Shown here: one piece after another, positions 11,601 to 20,440 of the stretch
Numbering within the stretch: position 1 is the stretch's first letter
Layout of the letters: the number at the start of each line of letters is the position of its first letter
From: a virus
Lineage: Duplodnaviria; Heunggongvirae; Uroviricota; Caudoviricetes
Direction: 5' to 3' (one strand)
Virus record (IMG/VR): IMGVR_UViG_3300006143_000275
DNA length: 64,000 nt
Made by a program: the position numbers and the translations under genes
Notes under the pieces: model-generated
Seen by the model: the letters and a program-made list of their open reading frames with translations, nothing else
Told to the model about the DNA's origin: nothing
Database searches by the model: none

Positions 11601-12242
11601 ACGGCTAATTCAGGCGCTGCTTTGGTCGGATGTGCGATCTACGTTCCAAACAAAACCAATCCAAAATTCAGTGTAGACTCTGCTGGGAATGTAAACATGA
11701 CCGGTAACCTTGTGCTGAGCAATGGATCAATCTCATGGAGCCACTTAGCTGGTGGAGTGCAGAACAGAATCACTAATGTTGAAAGTGATGTGTCTGCTCT
11801 TAGCAGTGATCTTTCTTGGACACAGAGAAATATTGACAACCGGCTATACAATTTCAATACCCGTATGGATGGAGTTGAAAACGACATTACATGGCTGTCC
11901 AATAATACGTGGACTGAGCGAGAAATCAAGAGCATCGCAAGTACACAAATCACAAATGAGCTTGTTGCATCTCCACGGATTTATGGTGCCTATATTCAAG
12001 GCGGCACAATCAACGGAGCTCATTTCATGTTCGGAAACTTTGGCTCTATCTATGACGGGTATGGTTCAGATGGTGTACGCAGAACGGACTTGGCATGTAT
12101 TGAGTCTAACAGAGGTATGTCACTTTCTGCATCCGAAGGGATGGCGATCAATGCCGGGAACGGCATTTGGATAAATTCAGAAGTACACATCCGTGTCAAC
12201 GGTAGATTTGTCAATTTGAATGACGCACTCGCGTCTCTTTGA
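8634..12242 (+). CDS. Tail protein (Tal/baseplate hub with coiled-coil and beta-rich spike region)
   Basis: 1202 aa after Dit. N-terminus resembles prophage tail endopeptidase/hub proteins, then a coiled coil and Gly-rich beta repeats. Confidence 0.75.
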   Translation: MYLNYSKLEFDRDGNPETPELVLTTLSDKVIGVIPGAHNLKLHIKYSEPSEISFDVPAKINGEDNPLYEAVSGHKQVYTKCYGIYEILNPSIEADGISEVKHIKGYSREKTLESKKFFLEEGTFNFWNPASPTNTVLGRILEIAVGWSVGYVSPSLIGRYRTFDDYDDYLLSFVYNSAPEKYRCVFVFDTYGKTINVYDADEEITNLPIYLDFENLLKSMDIEEQSDELVTAIRPYGADDLDIRAVNPIGTNWLYDLSYFMHNGDISGALASKWNTWQRSVINNQMYYKGLVALQASATSRILAEQAALADLNGELDSLTGQQSVTIQALAMETTSAGISSQQAVLNNINTKIAAKKSEISAKNSLIGTIQSELDSYTAEIKAVVDRLSIKNYFTPSEYAELSHFMIEQDITENTFVASTVDASISGNTYKLSNEVVSISNSSISMVDLTSTFSKKMYVMSGGTFALSGGYSVSGDIIRGTLETRSNGNFVMSFYAGTTRVGNTTAASGNITIIGTYSGLSSNIRAVTVDEVTTNEGTTLRLTARTGSMFLTGNVSEYQKYSVQMELYDYAVGVLSDLATPTYEFSVESGNFLFNQEFAPFRNQLELGKGVYLKVGDSTITPYIIEFELSFEDRSQFSIVFSNRFKRHDNVNTLKDMIETSYSTSRNFDASKYIYNQASSQASAVSKFMSDSLDAAKNMILGASNQSVIISGSGIGVSSPSNPRLQLRIVNGMIAMTDDNWEHAKVGIGLFSSPEVGEYFGVNAEVIGGKLIIGNNLIIENENDTGVMQFKVDSTGAWLNNSTFVLQKDNGGKIIIDPKYGIMGGSNLLFDTNGTTVIPGFIDRSGNIIFDSDGMPQNSNFFLDINDGSAYFRGKLLAKSGKIGGYTIENSYLHSGSGGNYVALNGGTSVHSAYAIWAGASNPANAPFYVKKDGTLYAKKGKFAGELEAATGTFSGALRAATGTFSGSLSAVNGTFTGTLSAANISGNLTANSGAALVGCAIYVPNKTNPKFSVDSAGNVNMTGNLVLSNGSISWSHLAGGVQNRITNVESDVSALSSDLSWTQRNIDNRLYNFNTRMDGVENDITWLSNNTWTEREIKSIASTQITNELVASPRIYGAYIQGGTINGAHFMFGNFGSIYDGYGSDGVRRTDLACIESNRGMSLSASEGMAINAGNGIWINSEVHIRVNGRFVNLNDALASL
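11451..11582 (+). repeat. Four degenerate 33-bp (11-aa) coding repeats in the tail protein
   Basis: KGKFAGELEAA / TGTFSGALRAA / TGTFSGSLSAV / NGTFTGTLSAA. Confidence 0.75.
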
Positions 12243-12260
12243 TTATGAAGGAGAAACAAT

Positions 12261-12476
12261 ATGGAAAAGATTGAACTTGCACATCGTATTGCAGACGATC
12301 ATAACAGGCTGGCGGATATCTTATCTTCCGGCGGTATGAAACTGTTGAATACTGACAGTGTTATCCTGATGGGTGATATCATCAGAGATCTCCGCGCAAT
12401 CACGCAGCAGCTTATGGCAGAGGTGGAAGCCGAAGCAAAGGCCGATAAGAAAGAGCAGACTGCGGAAGAGAAGTAA
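12261..12476 (+). CDS. Small tail-module hypothetical protein
   Basis: 71-aa helical ORF with a strong SD (GAAGGAG). Confidence 0.65.
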   Translation: MEKIELAHRIADDHNRLADILSSGGMKLLNTDSVILMGDIIRDLRAITQQLMAEVEAEAKADKKEQTAEEK

Positions 12477-12489
12477 GGAGGGGAGCAAT

Positions 12490-12870
12490 ATGGATATCCC
12501 TAATCCATACACCTTGCCAACGATTGAATTTGTTGGTGGAGAATCACAGGAGCTCTTGTTTAATGTGTATTTCTACAAGAACAGAAAGCCATTCAGCATG
12601 ATAGGGTGTACGAGTAACTTCTCGGTTGTGGACTTTACAAACAAGAAGGGTTCACCAATATTGAATAAGTCCATGGATGTTCTCGAAAATGGGGACGGGT
12701 CTGCGTTCAACATCCTGTCTGTCGATCTTACGCCCAAAGAGACATACGAATTATCCGGTAAGTACATTTACCAAATTACAATTAGAGATGTGAACGGTAA
12801 TGTGGAAATTCCGAGGCAAGGTCTTATGTATATCACGAACAATATCAACAAGAGCTTTATCCAGAAATAG
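12490..12870 (+). CDS. BppU N-terminal-like baseplate/adaptor protein
   Basis: Start revised to ATG 12490 behind an SD. Beta-rich, with the motif LSGKYIYQITIRD...GLMYI typical of BppU-like domains. Confidence 0.55.
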   Translation: MDIPNPYTLPTIEFVGGESQELLFNVYFYKNRKPFSMIGCTSNFSVVDFTNKKGSPILNKSMDVLENGDGSAFNILSVDLTPKETYELSGKYIYQITIRDVNGNVEIPRQGLMYITNNINKSFIQK

Positions 12871-12927
12871 CCGGCCCATTAGGAGGCCGGATTTATTATG
12901 CCTATTTTTCGATAAGGAGGGTCATCT

Positions 12928-13326
12928 ATGACTACACAATACTTTTTGAACGTTGTGGCGGGCAATGTATATGCTACCGATGTTGCTACTACCCTGCCCA
13001 CACAGTATTACATTGGCCTGTCTACTACAGCGCCTACTATTACTGGCACCAACGTAAGCGAACCTTCTGGCGCTGGGTACTCCCGCGTTGAACTGACTAA
13101 ACTCAGCAAGCCTTCCGGCGGTGTTGTAACAAATACGGAATCTATTGATTTTCATGAGAGTACAGCAAGTTGGGGCACCGTAACCCACTTCGTAATCTAT
13201 GATGCGCTCACTGGCGGCAATCTGCTGCAGTATGGGCAGCTCTCCACCCCTCGTAGCATTGAGCCAGCTACTATCATGTCTATTCCGGCGAACTACCTCA
13301 ACCTGAGCGTGCAGAACCCTGTCTAA
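12928..13326 (+). CDS. Minor tail protein (small tail-fibre-associated family)
   Basis: Motifs YIGLSTTAP, EPSGAGYSRV, WGTVTHFVIYDALTGGNLL are common in phage tail-region proteins. Confidence 0.6.
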   Translation: MTTQYFLNVVAGNVYATDVATTLPTQYYIGLSTTAPTITGTNVSEPSGAGYSRVELTKLSKPSGGVVTNTESIDFHESTASWGTVTHFVIYDALTGGNLLQYGQLSTPRSIEPATIMSIPANYLNLSVQNPV

Positions 13327-13341
13327 TTTGAGGGGTGGCGT

Positions 13342-14280
13342 ATGGCAAAGGACTTTGATATTTTCCTGCATCGCCACCTGACAGAGTGCGATCTTCTCAT
13401 TCAGTCTATTCCTTTTCGAGACGGAATCTCTGTAACTGACCGTATGATCCTCAATGCGACGCTTCAAGGATGCAAATTGTTACGGATTGCGTCTATGCGG
13501 TCAGATATGGAACTTGCAGCAAGGCTTGACCGAATGATTAAAACCTGCTATGAGAAGCTTGGCGCATCTGTTTCAATGGATGCCTCCGTTGAACTCAGAG
13601 CTACGGATATCTTATCTATGAACAATGAGCCACTGGAACTTTCTGTTGAAAATCTTGTGACACTGGCTACTGTGCTCAACCGGGCAGAGACCGGTATGAT
13701 TATGTCCGTAGAACCGTTGGTGACCAAAATTGCAAAATCGCTTGGACACATGGATGCTTCAATCATGTTGGATGCCAACGTGACAGATACGCTCAAGAGG
13801 AGCCTCATTACCCTGCGTTCAGGAATAGCCATGGACGCAGGGTTAGATAAGGACTTGAAAACAGGGCTGATACTTGATGCTAATACTGGTATGTCCATGG
13901 ACGCCACGCTGGATAATCTATGTAGCCGTATAGGGTTTGATGCTGTTGCTGGCATTGAGATGACGGCAATTATCCTTGGAACAAGATTATCCCATTCTCT
14001 TGGGCGTGCCATCAGCGGTATCACCATTGATTCCAAGGTGACTGGTACGAAAGCGAGAAAATTGGAGACTGCAAATGGCATTATTCAAATCATGGCTGAT
14101 ATGACTCCGATTCTTATCAAGCTGATTTGCCCAGAGACTGCAGCTCTGCCGTTAGATGCTGATATTTCAGGTTCTATGCTCAAGAGATACCGCCTGTTGG
14201 ATGAGATGGACGACTTCTCATTAGAGGATTTTGATGATATGACACTCGATGAGGTGGACTATGTCATTTTGGAACAATAA
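13342..14280 (+). CDS. Tail-module hypothetical protein
   Basis: 312-aa ORF with SD, co-oriented within the tail operon. Confidence 0.6.
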   Translation: MAKDFDIFLHRHLTECDLLIQSIPFRDGISVTDRMILNATLQGCKLLRIASMRSDMELAARLDRMIKTCYEKLGASVSMDASVELRATDILSMNNEPLELSVENLVTLATVLNRAETGMIMSVEPLVTKIAKSLGHMDASIMLDANVTDTLKRSLITLRSGIAMDAGLDKDLKTGLILDANTGMSMDATLDNLCSRIGFDAVAGIEMTAIILGTRLSHSLGRAISGITIDSKVTGTKARKLETANGIIQIMADMTPILIKLICPETAALPLDADISGSMLKRYRLLDEMDDFSLEDFDDMTLDEVDYVILEQ

Positions 14281-14358
14281 CACTGTATTTTCAAACTATG
14301 AATCAAGCGCGGTGACATACAGAGCCGTGCGTATTATATGAGGAGGTGGCTAAAATAT

Positions 14359-15288
14359 ATGTTTTATATCAAACTGGATAGTGGTATGAATCTCGTAGTT
14401 ACATCACGAGAACCACTTTATCGAGGGGATCACCTTAGCCAAAAACTCACATTCCTGATTCCAACAAAAATTGGTGATCTGGATATGGCCTCCGCAACGC
14501 TATATTTGAGCTATATTAGAGCAGATGGTACGGCAGATATTGATCTGCTGAAACGCGGAGAGGAACTTTATAACGAAAGCTACTATCAGTTCACGATGCC
14601 TGTCACAAGCAAACTGACTCGCTATGCCGGTCCTGTAACAACATTCCTGACAATCTACTCTGGCGCGTATAACAGGCCACGTATCGCCAAGAGTGGTGAG
14701 TGCATTCTGCATATTCAGGCATCTACTAATATGGACGATGTGATAACTGACCAACACCTATCCCTTATTTACAGTATGCAGAGGCAGATGGAAGATAAGG
14801 TTGAGAAAGCTGAGGCTACGCTTACTGAACGTATTGACAGAACGGACGAAGCTGTTGCGGCTAAAGCTGACAACATTGTTTTCAATGAAGAAGACAGCAC
14901 GATTCAACTGGTGTCTACCGTTGAAATCAAGGATGAAGAAGGTAATCCGACCGGTGAGTTTGAAAAAATTCCGCTGGGCGACCCGATTTTTGTTCGTGCA
15001 GATACTGCTCGCGGCATTATCAATATGGAGATCAACGAAGATGGTGAACTCGTCGTTACCTTCGATGATGAGACGACACAGAACCTTGGCCTTGTTGTTG
15101 GTAAGAACGGATCTGTCTATGTCCCGCATGTCGATGAGCACAAGGTTCTCACCTTTACCATTGATAGCGAACCGGGCGAAGTGCCTGAACCCGTTGATTT
15201 GAACCCAAATGATGAATGGAGTGACATGGGAGACGGCGGGATGGACGAACCCGGCGGCGAGTCCACTTATGTGTGGGAAGATATGTAA
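14359..15288 (+). CDS. Tail fibre attachment/adaptor protein
   Basis: Start revised to ATG 14359 (SD AGGAGG). BppU-like N-terminal half; ends YVWEDM. Confidence 0.55.
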   Translation: MFYIKLDSGMNLVVTSREPLYRGDHLSQKLTFLIPTKIGDLDMASATLYLSYIRADGTADIDLLKRGEELYNESYYQFTMPVTSKLTRYAGPVTTFLTIYSGAYNRPRIAKSGECILHIQASTNMDDVITDQHLSLIYSMQRQMEDKVEKAEATLTERIDRTDEAVAAKADNIVFNEEDSTIQLVSTVEIKDEEGNPTGEFEKIPLGDPIFVRADTARGIINMEINEDGELVVTFDDETTQNLGLVVGKNGSVYVPHVDEHKVLTFTIDSEPGEVPEPVDLNPNDEWSDMGDGGMDEPGGESTYVWEDM

Positions 15289-15348
15289 CCAAGATATAGG
15301 CGCTTAGAGAGCGTTTCTATATAGAAAAACGTTGAGGAGGTTATTGTT

Positions 15349-16203
15349 ATGGCAAATGTAATTTTCAAGCAGGGTACTCGTGCCCAGTATGATGCCATTA
15401 CCGTCAAGGACAGCAATACCCTGTACTGGCTGAGCGACACTCATGAGCTCTTCAAGGGTGAAGTGCTCTATGCCAAGGGCACCGAGGCCACCACCCTGGC
15501 GTCCGGTCTGATGTCCGCCGCAGATAAGGCCAAGCTGGATGCGCTGTCCGCTGGCGGCGCTGCTGGCCTGACTGCGGTTGACGCAAGCGTTATCCTGTCT
15601 GCTGGTGAGGATGGCACCACCATTGGTGTGCAGCTCTCCAAAGAGGAAGGCAACGCCATCGAGCTGAAAACTGACGGTCTGTTTGTTCCTGCTACTGCTG
15701 GCGGTGTGGCTATTGAGTTCGCAATCGAGGAGCAGGAGACTCCGGCGGATGGCTTCGAGAAGACCTATAAGCTGAAGCGTACCGAGGGTGAAACTTCCAC
15801 CTATGTGGGCGATGATATCAACATCCCCAAGAGCGCCGTTCTGAGCGGCGGCACCTTCGGTGTTGTCGAGACCGAAGGTGTTCCTTATGAGGGCGCAGAG
15901 GTGGGCGACCCCTATGTTGACCTGACTGTGGCCGATGCAGAAGGCACACACATCTACATCCCACTGAAGGGTCTGGTCGATACCGTTGCAGCCGGTGCCG
16001 GTATTGAGGTGACCAGCAACACCGTTTCTATCAAGCTGGATACGGCGAATGCGAATGGTCTTGCTGTTGGGGCGGATGGCCTGAGTATGGCTGTCGCTAC
16101 CGCTACCACCGCTGGCGCTATGAGCGCTGAGGATAAGGCTGCACTCGATACCGTTATGGCAAGCGTTGTCTGGGGCGACCTGGGCGACGAGTCTGCGAAG
16201 TAA
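15349..16203 (+). CDS. Tail fibre protein
   Basis: Mtd_N/hyaluronidase-like N-terminus (FKQGTRAQY...TLYWLSDTHELF). Fibre motifs GLMSAADKAKLD and AGAMSAEDKAALD; ends VVWGDL. Confidence 0.65.
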   Translation: MANVIFKQGTRAQYDAITVKDSNTLYWLSDTHELFKGEVLYAKGTEATTLASGLMSAADKAKLDALSAGGAAGLTAVDASVILSAGEDGTTIGVQLSKEEGNAIELKTDGLFVPATAGGVAIEFAIEEQETPADGFEKTYKLKRTEGETSTYVGDDINIPKSAVLSGGTFGVVETEGVPYEGAEVGDPYVDLTVADAEGTHIYIPLKGLVDTVAAGAGIEVTSNTVSIKLDTANANGLAVGADGLSMAVATATTAGAMSAEDKAALDTVMASVVWGDLGDESAK

Positions 16204-16216
16204 TCAAAATAAAAAG

Positions 16217-16241
16217 CCCGCAGTGGGATTTCCACTGCGGG
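16217..16241. terminator. Perfect 10-bp hairpin preceded by an A-tract (minus-strand terminator or mRNA-stability hairpin)
   Basis: AAAAAG-CCCGCAGTGG-GATTT-CCACTGCGGG. Confidence 0.5.
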
Positions 16242-16263
16242 TAACACGAAAGGAGGCATAAGG

Positions 16264-17094
16264 ATGGCTAAAGTAGCATTTAAGAAAGGGCTTCTGGCAA
16301 ATCTTCCCGAGGCCATTTCTGAGGGCACTTTTTACATCACTACCGATGAGCACGCCATGTACCTGGATGTAGACGGTACTACCCGTGTGCGTATCGGTGA
16401 TTTTCAGGAGTTTGCCACCCTGACAGCCCTACAGGCGAATACGAATCCCAGCACAACCGCTCTATACTATGTGACTGAGCTGAATTGCCTTGCCAAGTGG
16501 GACAGCACCAAGTATGTTCAGATTAACCTGGACACTGGTGCTACCAGTGTTGAAACCACTGGTGCGGGTAACGCCCTGGACGGTGTGACCTATGACCCTG
16601 CTACCCGCAAGCTGACCTTTACCAAGGCCAAGACCTTCGTCACAGCCGCCGATGTGGACGCTCAGATTGCGGCTAAGGTGGGTGAGCTGAAGATTGGTGA
16701 CGAAACCTTCGCCACCGTTAAGGCATATGTGGACAAGAAGACCGACGGCATCGCCACTGATGCTGCGTTGGAGGACTTGACCAAGCGTGTGACTACTGCA
16801 GAGGGTAAGATGGACACGCTGATTGGTGACGATGCCGACAAGTCCGCCCGCACTATCGCCAATGAGGAACTGGCAAAGCAGCTCATCCCAGAGAACGCCA
16901 AGGAATCTTTGGATACTCTGGCTGAGATTGCCGCATGGATTCAGGCACATCCAGATGACGCCACCGCCATGAATAAGGCAATTACCGACCTGGCGGCCCT
17001 GGTGGGTACTCTGCCCGAAGATGCTACCGCAACTGACGTTGTAGCGTATATCAAGGAGTACGCCGATGAAGCGATGACCTGGGGAGCATTCTAA
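16264..17094 (+). CDS. Tail fibre protein
   Basis: Similar N-terminus to the previous gene (FKKG...GTFYITTDEHAMYL), fibre motif SLDTLAEIAAWI, ends MTWGAF. Confidence 0.65.
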   Translation: MAKVAFKKGLLANLPEAISEGTFYITTDEHAMYLDVDGTTRVRIGDFQEFATLTALQANTNPSTTALYYVTELNCLAKWDSTKYVQINLDTGATSVETTGAGNALDGVTYDPATRKLTFTKAKTFVTAADVDAQIAAKVGELKIGDETFATVKAYVDKKTDGIATDAALEDLTKRVTTAEGKMDTLIGDDADKSARTIANEELAKQLIPENAKESLDTLAEIAAWIQAHPDDATAMNKAITDLAALVGTLPEDATATDVVAYIKEYADEAMTWGAF

Positions 17095-17119
17095 TCTCGG
17101 ATAAACAAACAGCGAATAG

Positions 17120-17150
17120 AGGGGTGGGCCTGCGGGTCTGCCCCTTTTAT
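17120..17150 (+). terminator. Rho-independent terminator
   Basis: AGGGGTGGGCC-TGCG-GGTCTGCCCCT followed by TTTAT. Confidence 0.6.
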
Positions 17151-17183
17151 CAAACTCAGACTCAAGATGAGGAGGGTTAATCT

Positions 17184-17609
17184 ATGCTTTTCAAAATTTT
17201 GCAGGGTGATAGCTCTCGCATCTCGACAGATATCACTCCGCTCCATCCAGGTTGGTGTTACTTTACACCAGACGATGGACGACTGTATATCGATTCCGCA
17301 GATGATGATGGAAGCAATCCGAAGCGTACCTGTATCAACCCAAACAGCAGCGGAGCCAGCGTTGCAGTTAGAGGAACGCTAACAAAGAATGGTTGGGTTA
17401 GCGGCCAACAGATTTTACTTGTGAACGGCTTGCGTGCCGAACATAATGGCGTAATTGGCGTTGCTCAGGAAATTACTGACTCTCAGATGGAGGCGGCCAA
17501 AGGTGCAGAATTGTATGTGTGCAACCAAGTAGATGGCGCTCTAACGGTTGCTGTTTTCGGAGATACTCCGCAGATCGATATTCCTGTGGTCACCATCCTG
17601 CTGGCCTAA
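17184..17609 (+). CDS. Tail fibre adaptor protein
   Basis: Mtd_N-like N-terminus (GWCYFTPDDGRLYIDS). C-terminal domain is paralogous to that of the next gene. Confidence 0.6.
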   Translation: MLFKILQGDSSRISTDITPLHPGWCYFTPDDGRLYIDSADDDGSNPKRTCINPNSSGASVAVRGTLTKNGWVSGQQILLVNGLRAEHNGVIGVAQEITDSQMEAAKGAELYVCNQVDGALTVAVFGDTPQIDIPVVTILLA

Positions 17610-17625
17610 ACGGGGGTGGACATAT

Positions 17626-18030
17626 ATGAGTGGAACAACAAACTATGATCTCCATTTGACAGACGACAGCACGGAGAAGTTTCGAGAATGGCGCAGAGCC
17701 ATGAATGGACCGGACAATTCCAACATGGTCAAGATTGACAACATTCTTGGCATGAAAGCGGACAGCAGCGTGTGTATTTCCTGCACGCTGCTTGCTTCTG
17801 CATGGGCAGGTCTCGATTCTCCATTCGTGCAAACATTGTATGTTGATGGACTCGGCCAGTCGCAGAACGGAACAATCAATGTGGCGCAAAATGCGACTTT
17901 TGAGCAACGAAAAATGGCACGCGAAGCAATGCTCTCTGTCACTGGTCAGGCGGATGGGGAACTTATCATCTCAGCGGACGGAGAAATGCCGGATATTGAT
18001 ATTCCCGTCCAAATTATTCTGATCGGATAA
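17626..18030 (+). CDS. Tail fibre adaptor protein
   Basis: Start revised to ATG 17626 (SD GGGGTGG). C-terminal domain ends DIDIPVQIILIG, against QIDIPVVTILLA in the upstream paralogue. Confidence 0.6.
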   Translation: MSGTTNYDLHLTDDSTEKFREWRRAMNGPDNSNMVKIDNILGMKADSSVCISCTLLASAWAGLDSPFVQTLYVDGLGQSQNGTINVAQNATFEQRKMAREAMLSVTGQADGELIISADGEMPDIDIPVQIILIG

Positions 18031-18089
18031 TTACATAACGGCTGCGTCATTTGGCGATCAGCTGCACGAAGATACAAGGGAGGTTTTAT

Positions 18090-20354
18090 ATGCCTATTAT
18101 CTCTAATTTTCCAGGCGGCTCCGGAAGCGGTGGCGGAGGTCTGGCTTTGGCTGCCGCGACCGGCATCAAGACCGTAACATCGCATGAGAAGGTCTATATT
18201 CAGTGGACAGATCCGGAGGACCTTGTGGTGGCTGGTTCCACCCTGGCGTCCTGGGGAGGTACTCTGTTGGTGCGGAAAGCCGGTTCTATGCCCGTGAGCC
18301 GTCGTGACGGCGTTATCGTACTGGACAGCAAAACGCGTGACGCATATAAAACGGCGTATTTCTGCGACAGTGGGCTGACTGATGGAACAACCTACTACTA
18401 CAAACTCTTCCCGTATACCACGGCAAATTCCTACACAGACGTTGAGGATGGTGGCTTCTCCGCCACGCCCAATCCTGTTGCGCTTGGCAACGTAAGTGGT
18501 ATTAGTGCATCAGCCGCAGGCAATGGGAAAATCAGTGTGAAATGGACTGATCCGGCATCCACTGTCGTAACAGACGGTATCACTGTTGCTACATGGGCGA
18601 ATACGACCATTGTGGTGAAGACCGGATCATACGCAACTAGCCCGGATGACAGCGGAGCTGATGTTGCATTCCGTCAGGTGGTGAACACACGCAATCAGTA
18701 CGCAAGCAACCCACTGACTATCACAGGATTGACGAATGGGATGACCTACTACATCTCGTTCTTCCCTGCGTCCACAGATGGCGCTGTGAATACCAACACA
18801 GCCAACCGCACGACCGGTGTTCCGAACCGTCTTGTGATTAGTACCGTACCGTCTCAAAGCGGATCACTGACCTATAATACAAACCCACAAAATCCAAGCT
18901 GGAGCGGATATGATTCTACGAAGATGGTGCTGTCAGGAGAAACTGTCGGTACGAATGCTAAAACATATACCGCCACTTTTACACCGAAGGATGACTACGT
19001 TTGGTCTGGAGACACCGAGCCAAAGGCAAAAAATGTAGCCTGGACAATCGGCAAGGCGACCGGAACGATGACAATTTCCCCACTCTCAATCACACTGAAT
19101 AAGACCGCTACAAGTGCCACTTTTGTTATTTCTGGTAACTTTGACGGTTCTTATTCTGTTGTGTCACAGAACACGGGAATCGCAACTGTCGCACTGGCGA
19201 GTGGAAAAACCTACCGCGTCAGCAGTGTGAATAGTGCAACAGGCAATACCACTATCAAGGTTACCTGCTCTGGTGGAAGCAACTACACTATCCCAGCCGC
19301 CCAGTCGGTAAGTGTGACAGCTAAGTTTGTAACCATTTATGGCGCATCTTGGGATGGTTCCAGTACGACAAAGTGGTCTCGTACCGACGCCTCCGCGAGC
19401 TTCACCGATCCCGTTCCTGCCGTGAACAACGGCAGCGGCAGTTCTCCTTTTGATAATTTGCTGCCATGGTCCGGGATGACAAAGAGCAATCGTACTGGCG
19501 GTGTTGTTGTTGCTATTCCTAAGTTCTGGTACAAGTGGACAAAGAGCGGAAATACACTGAAGCTCCAAATCGCAGATGGAGAAACGGACGGCTTCAAGGT
19601 ATCCCCCGCTCATGCAAACAGAGGAGACGGAAAGGGTGAGCGAGATGTAGTCTATGTCGGGCGATATCATTGCGCAAGCGGTTATAAGAGCACCACTGGC
19701 GTTGCCCAACAGGTGAGTATTACCCGGTCTGCCGCACGTACAGGTATTCATAATTTGGGTGCAACCATTTGGCAGTTCGACTATGCCATGCGTGTGACCA
19801 TCCAAATGCTCTATCTGGTGGAGTTCGCAGACTGGAACTCTCAGGCGAAGATCGGATATGGCTGTTCCGCAAGTGGCTCCAAGGAGAACAACGGGAAAAC
19901 GGACGCTATGAAGTACCACACTGGCACCACAGCAGCTAACCGTACTACATACGGCTATACGCAGTACCGCAATATTGAGGGATTGTGGGATAACGTGTAC
20001 GACTGGATGGACGGATGCTACTACAACAGCAATGGTATGTACGTTATCAATACCCCGTCTGCGTTCAGTGATTCCTCTGGTGGGTCTCTAATCGGGAAGC
20101 CGTCAAACGGCTGGCCATCTGCTATTGCGGTGTCTACCGTAAGTGGCCTTGAGTGGGCGATCTATCCTACGGCTGCAAGTGGTTCTGAGAGCACATACGT
20201 CGCGGATGGCTGGGTCTATTACGCTTCCGTCCCGTGCCTGTGCTGTGGGGGTGGCTGCGACCAGGGCCAGGGCCGCGGGTTGTTCTGCGTGAGCTGCGGC
20301 GGGGCGTCGGGCACGGGCTCGGGCGTCGGCTGCCGCCTCCAAGAACTCCCCTAA
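18090..20354 (+). CDS. DGR target: receptor-binding tail protein with FN3/Ig-like domains and C-terminal C-type-lectin (Mtd/FGE-like) domain
   Basis: Start revised to ATG 18090 (SD GGGAGG). Two FN3-like repeats (WTDP...YYYKLFPY; WTDP...YYISFFP), CLec motif YRNIEGLWDNVYDWMDG, VR in the last ~50 codons. Confidence 0.9.
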   Translation: MPIISNFPGGSGSGGGGLALAAATGIKTVTSHEKVYIQWTDPEDLVVAGSTLASWGGTLLVRKAGSMPVSRRDGVIVLDSKTRDAYKTAYFCDSGLTDGTTYYYKLFPYTTANSYTDVEDGGFSATPNPVALGNVSGISASAAGNGKISVKWTDPASTVVTDGITVATWANTTIVVKTGSYATSPDDSGADVAFRQVVNTRNQYASNPLTITGLTNGMTYYISFFPASTDGAVNTNTANRTTGVPNRLVISTVPSQSGSLTYNTNPQNPSWSGYDSTKMVLSGETVGTNAKTYTATFTPKDDYVWSGDTEPKAKNVAWTIGKATGTMTISPLSITLNKTATSATFVISGNFDGSYSVVSQNTGIATVALASGKTYRVSSVNSATGNTTIKVTCSGGSNYTIPAAQSVSVTAKFVTIYGASWDGSSTTKWSRTDASASFTDPVPAVNNGSGSSPFDNLLPWSGMTKSNRTGGVVVAIPKFWYKWTKSGNTLKLQIADGETDGFKVSPAHANRGDGKGERDVVYVGRYHCASGYKSTTGVAQQVSITRSAARTGIHNLGATIWQFDYAMRVTIQMLYLVEFADWNSQAKIGYGCSASGSKENNGKTDAMKYHTGTTAANRTTYGYTQYRNIEGLWDNVYDWMDGCYYNSNGMYVINTPSAFSDSSGGSLIGKPSNGWPSAIAVSTVSGLEWAIYPTAASGSESTYVADGWVYYASVPCLCCGGGCDQGQGRGLFCVSCGGASGTGSGVGCRLQELP
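20199..20340 (+). repeat. DGR variable region (VR)
   Basis: Aligns without gaps to 20541-20682: 31 mismatches at TR adenines and 2 at non-A positions. Confidence 0.96.
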
Positions 20355-20364
20355 GAGAGGGGTT

Positions 20365-20388
20365 TGGGGAGAACCGCAGTTCTCCCCA
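20365..20388 (+). promoter_or_regulatory. DGR target-recognition hairpin/cruciform downstream of VR/IMH
   Basis: TGGGGAGAAC-CGCA-GTTCTCCCCA, a perfect 10-bp stem about 25 nt after the VR, the position known for DGR homing hairpins. Confidence 0.8.
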
Positions 20389-20414
20389 TCCAGTAGCCAA
20401 GTAAACAATGTAAA

Positions 20415-20440
20415 AGGGGACGTGCGCAAGTACGTCCCCT
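20415..20440 (+). other. Second GC-rich hairpin with GNRA loop between target and TR
   Basis: AGGGGACGTGC-GCAA-GTACGTCCCCT (11 bp with one G-T pair). Confidence 0.6.

Noticed and set aside
8634-18030. Second VR in another tail gene
   Set aside because: The C-termini of the other tail genes show no similarity to TR by eye. An exhaustive adenine-tolerant alignment was not possible, so a remote target is not excluded.
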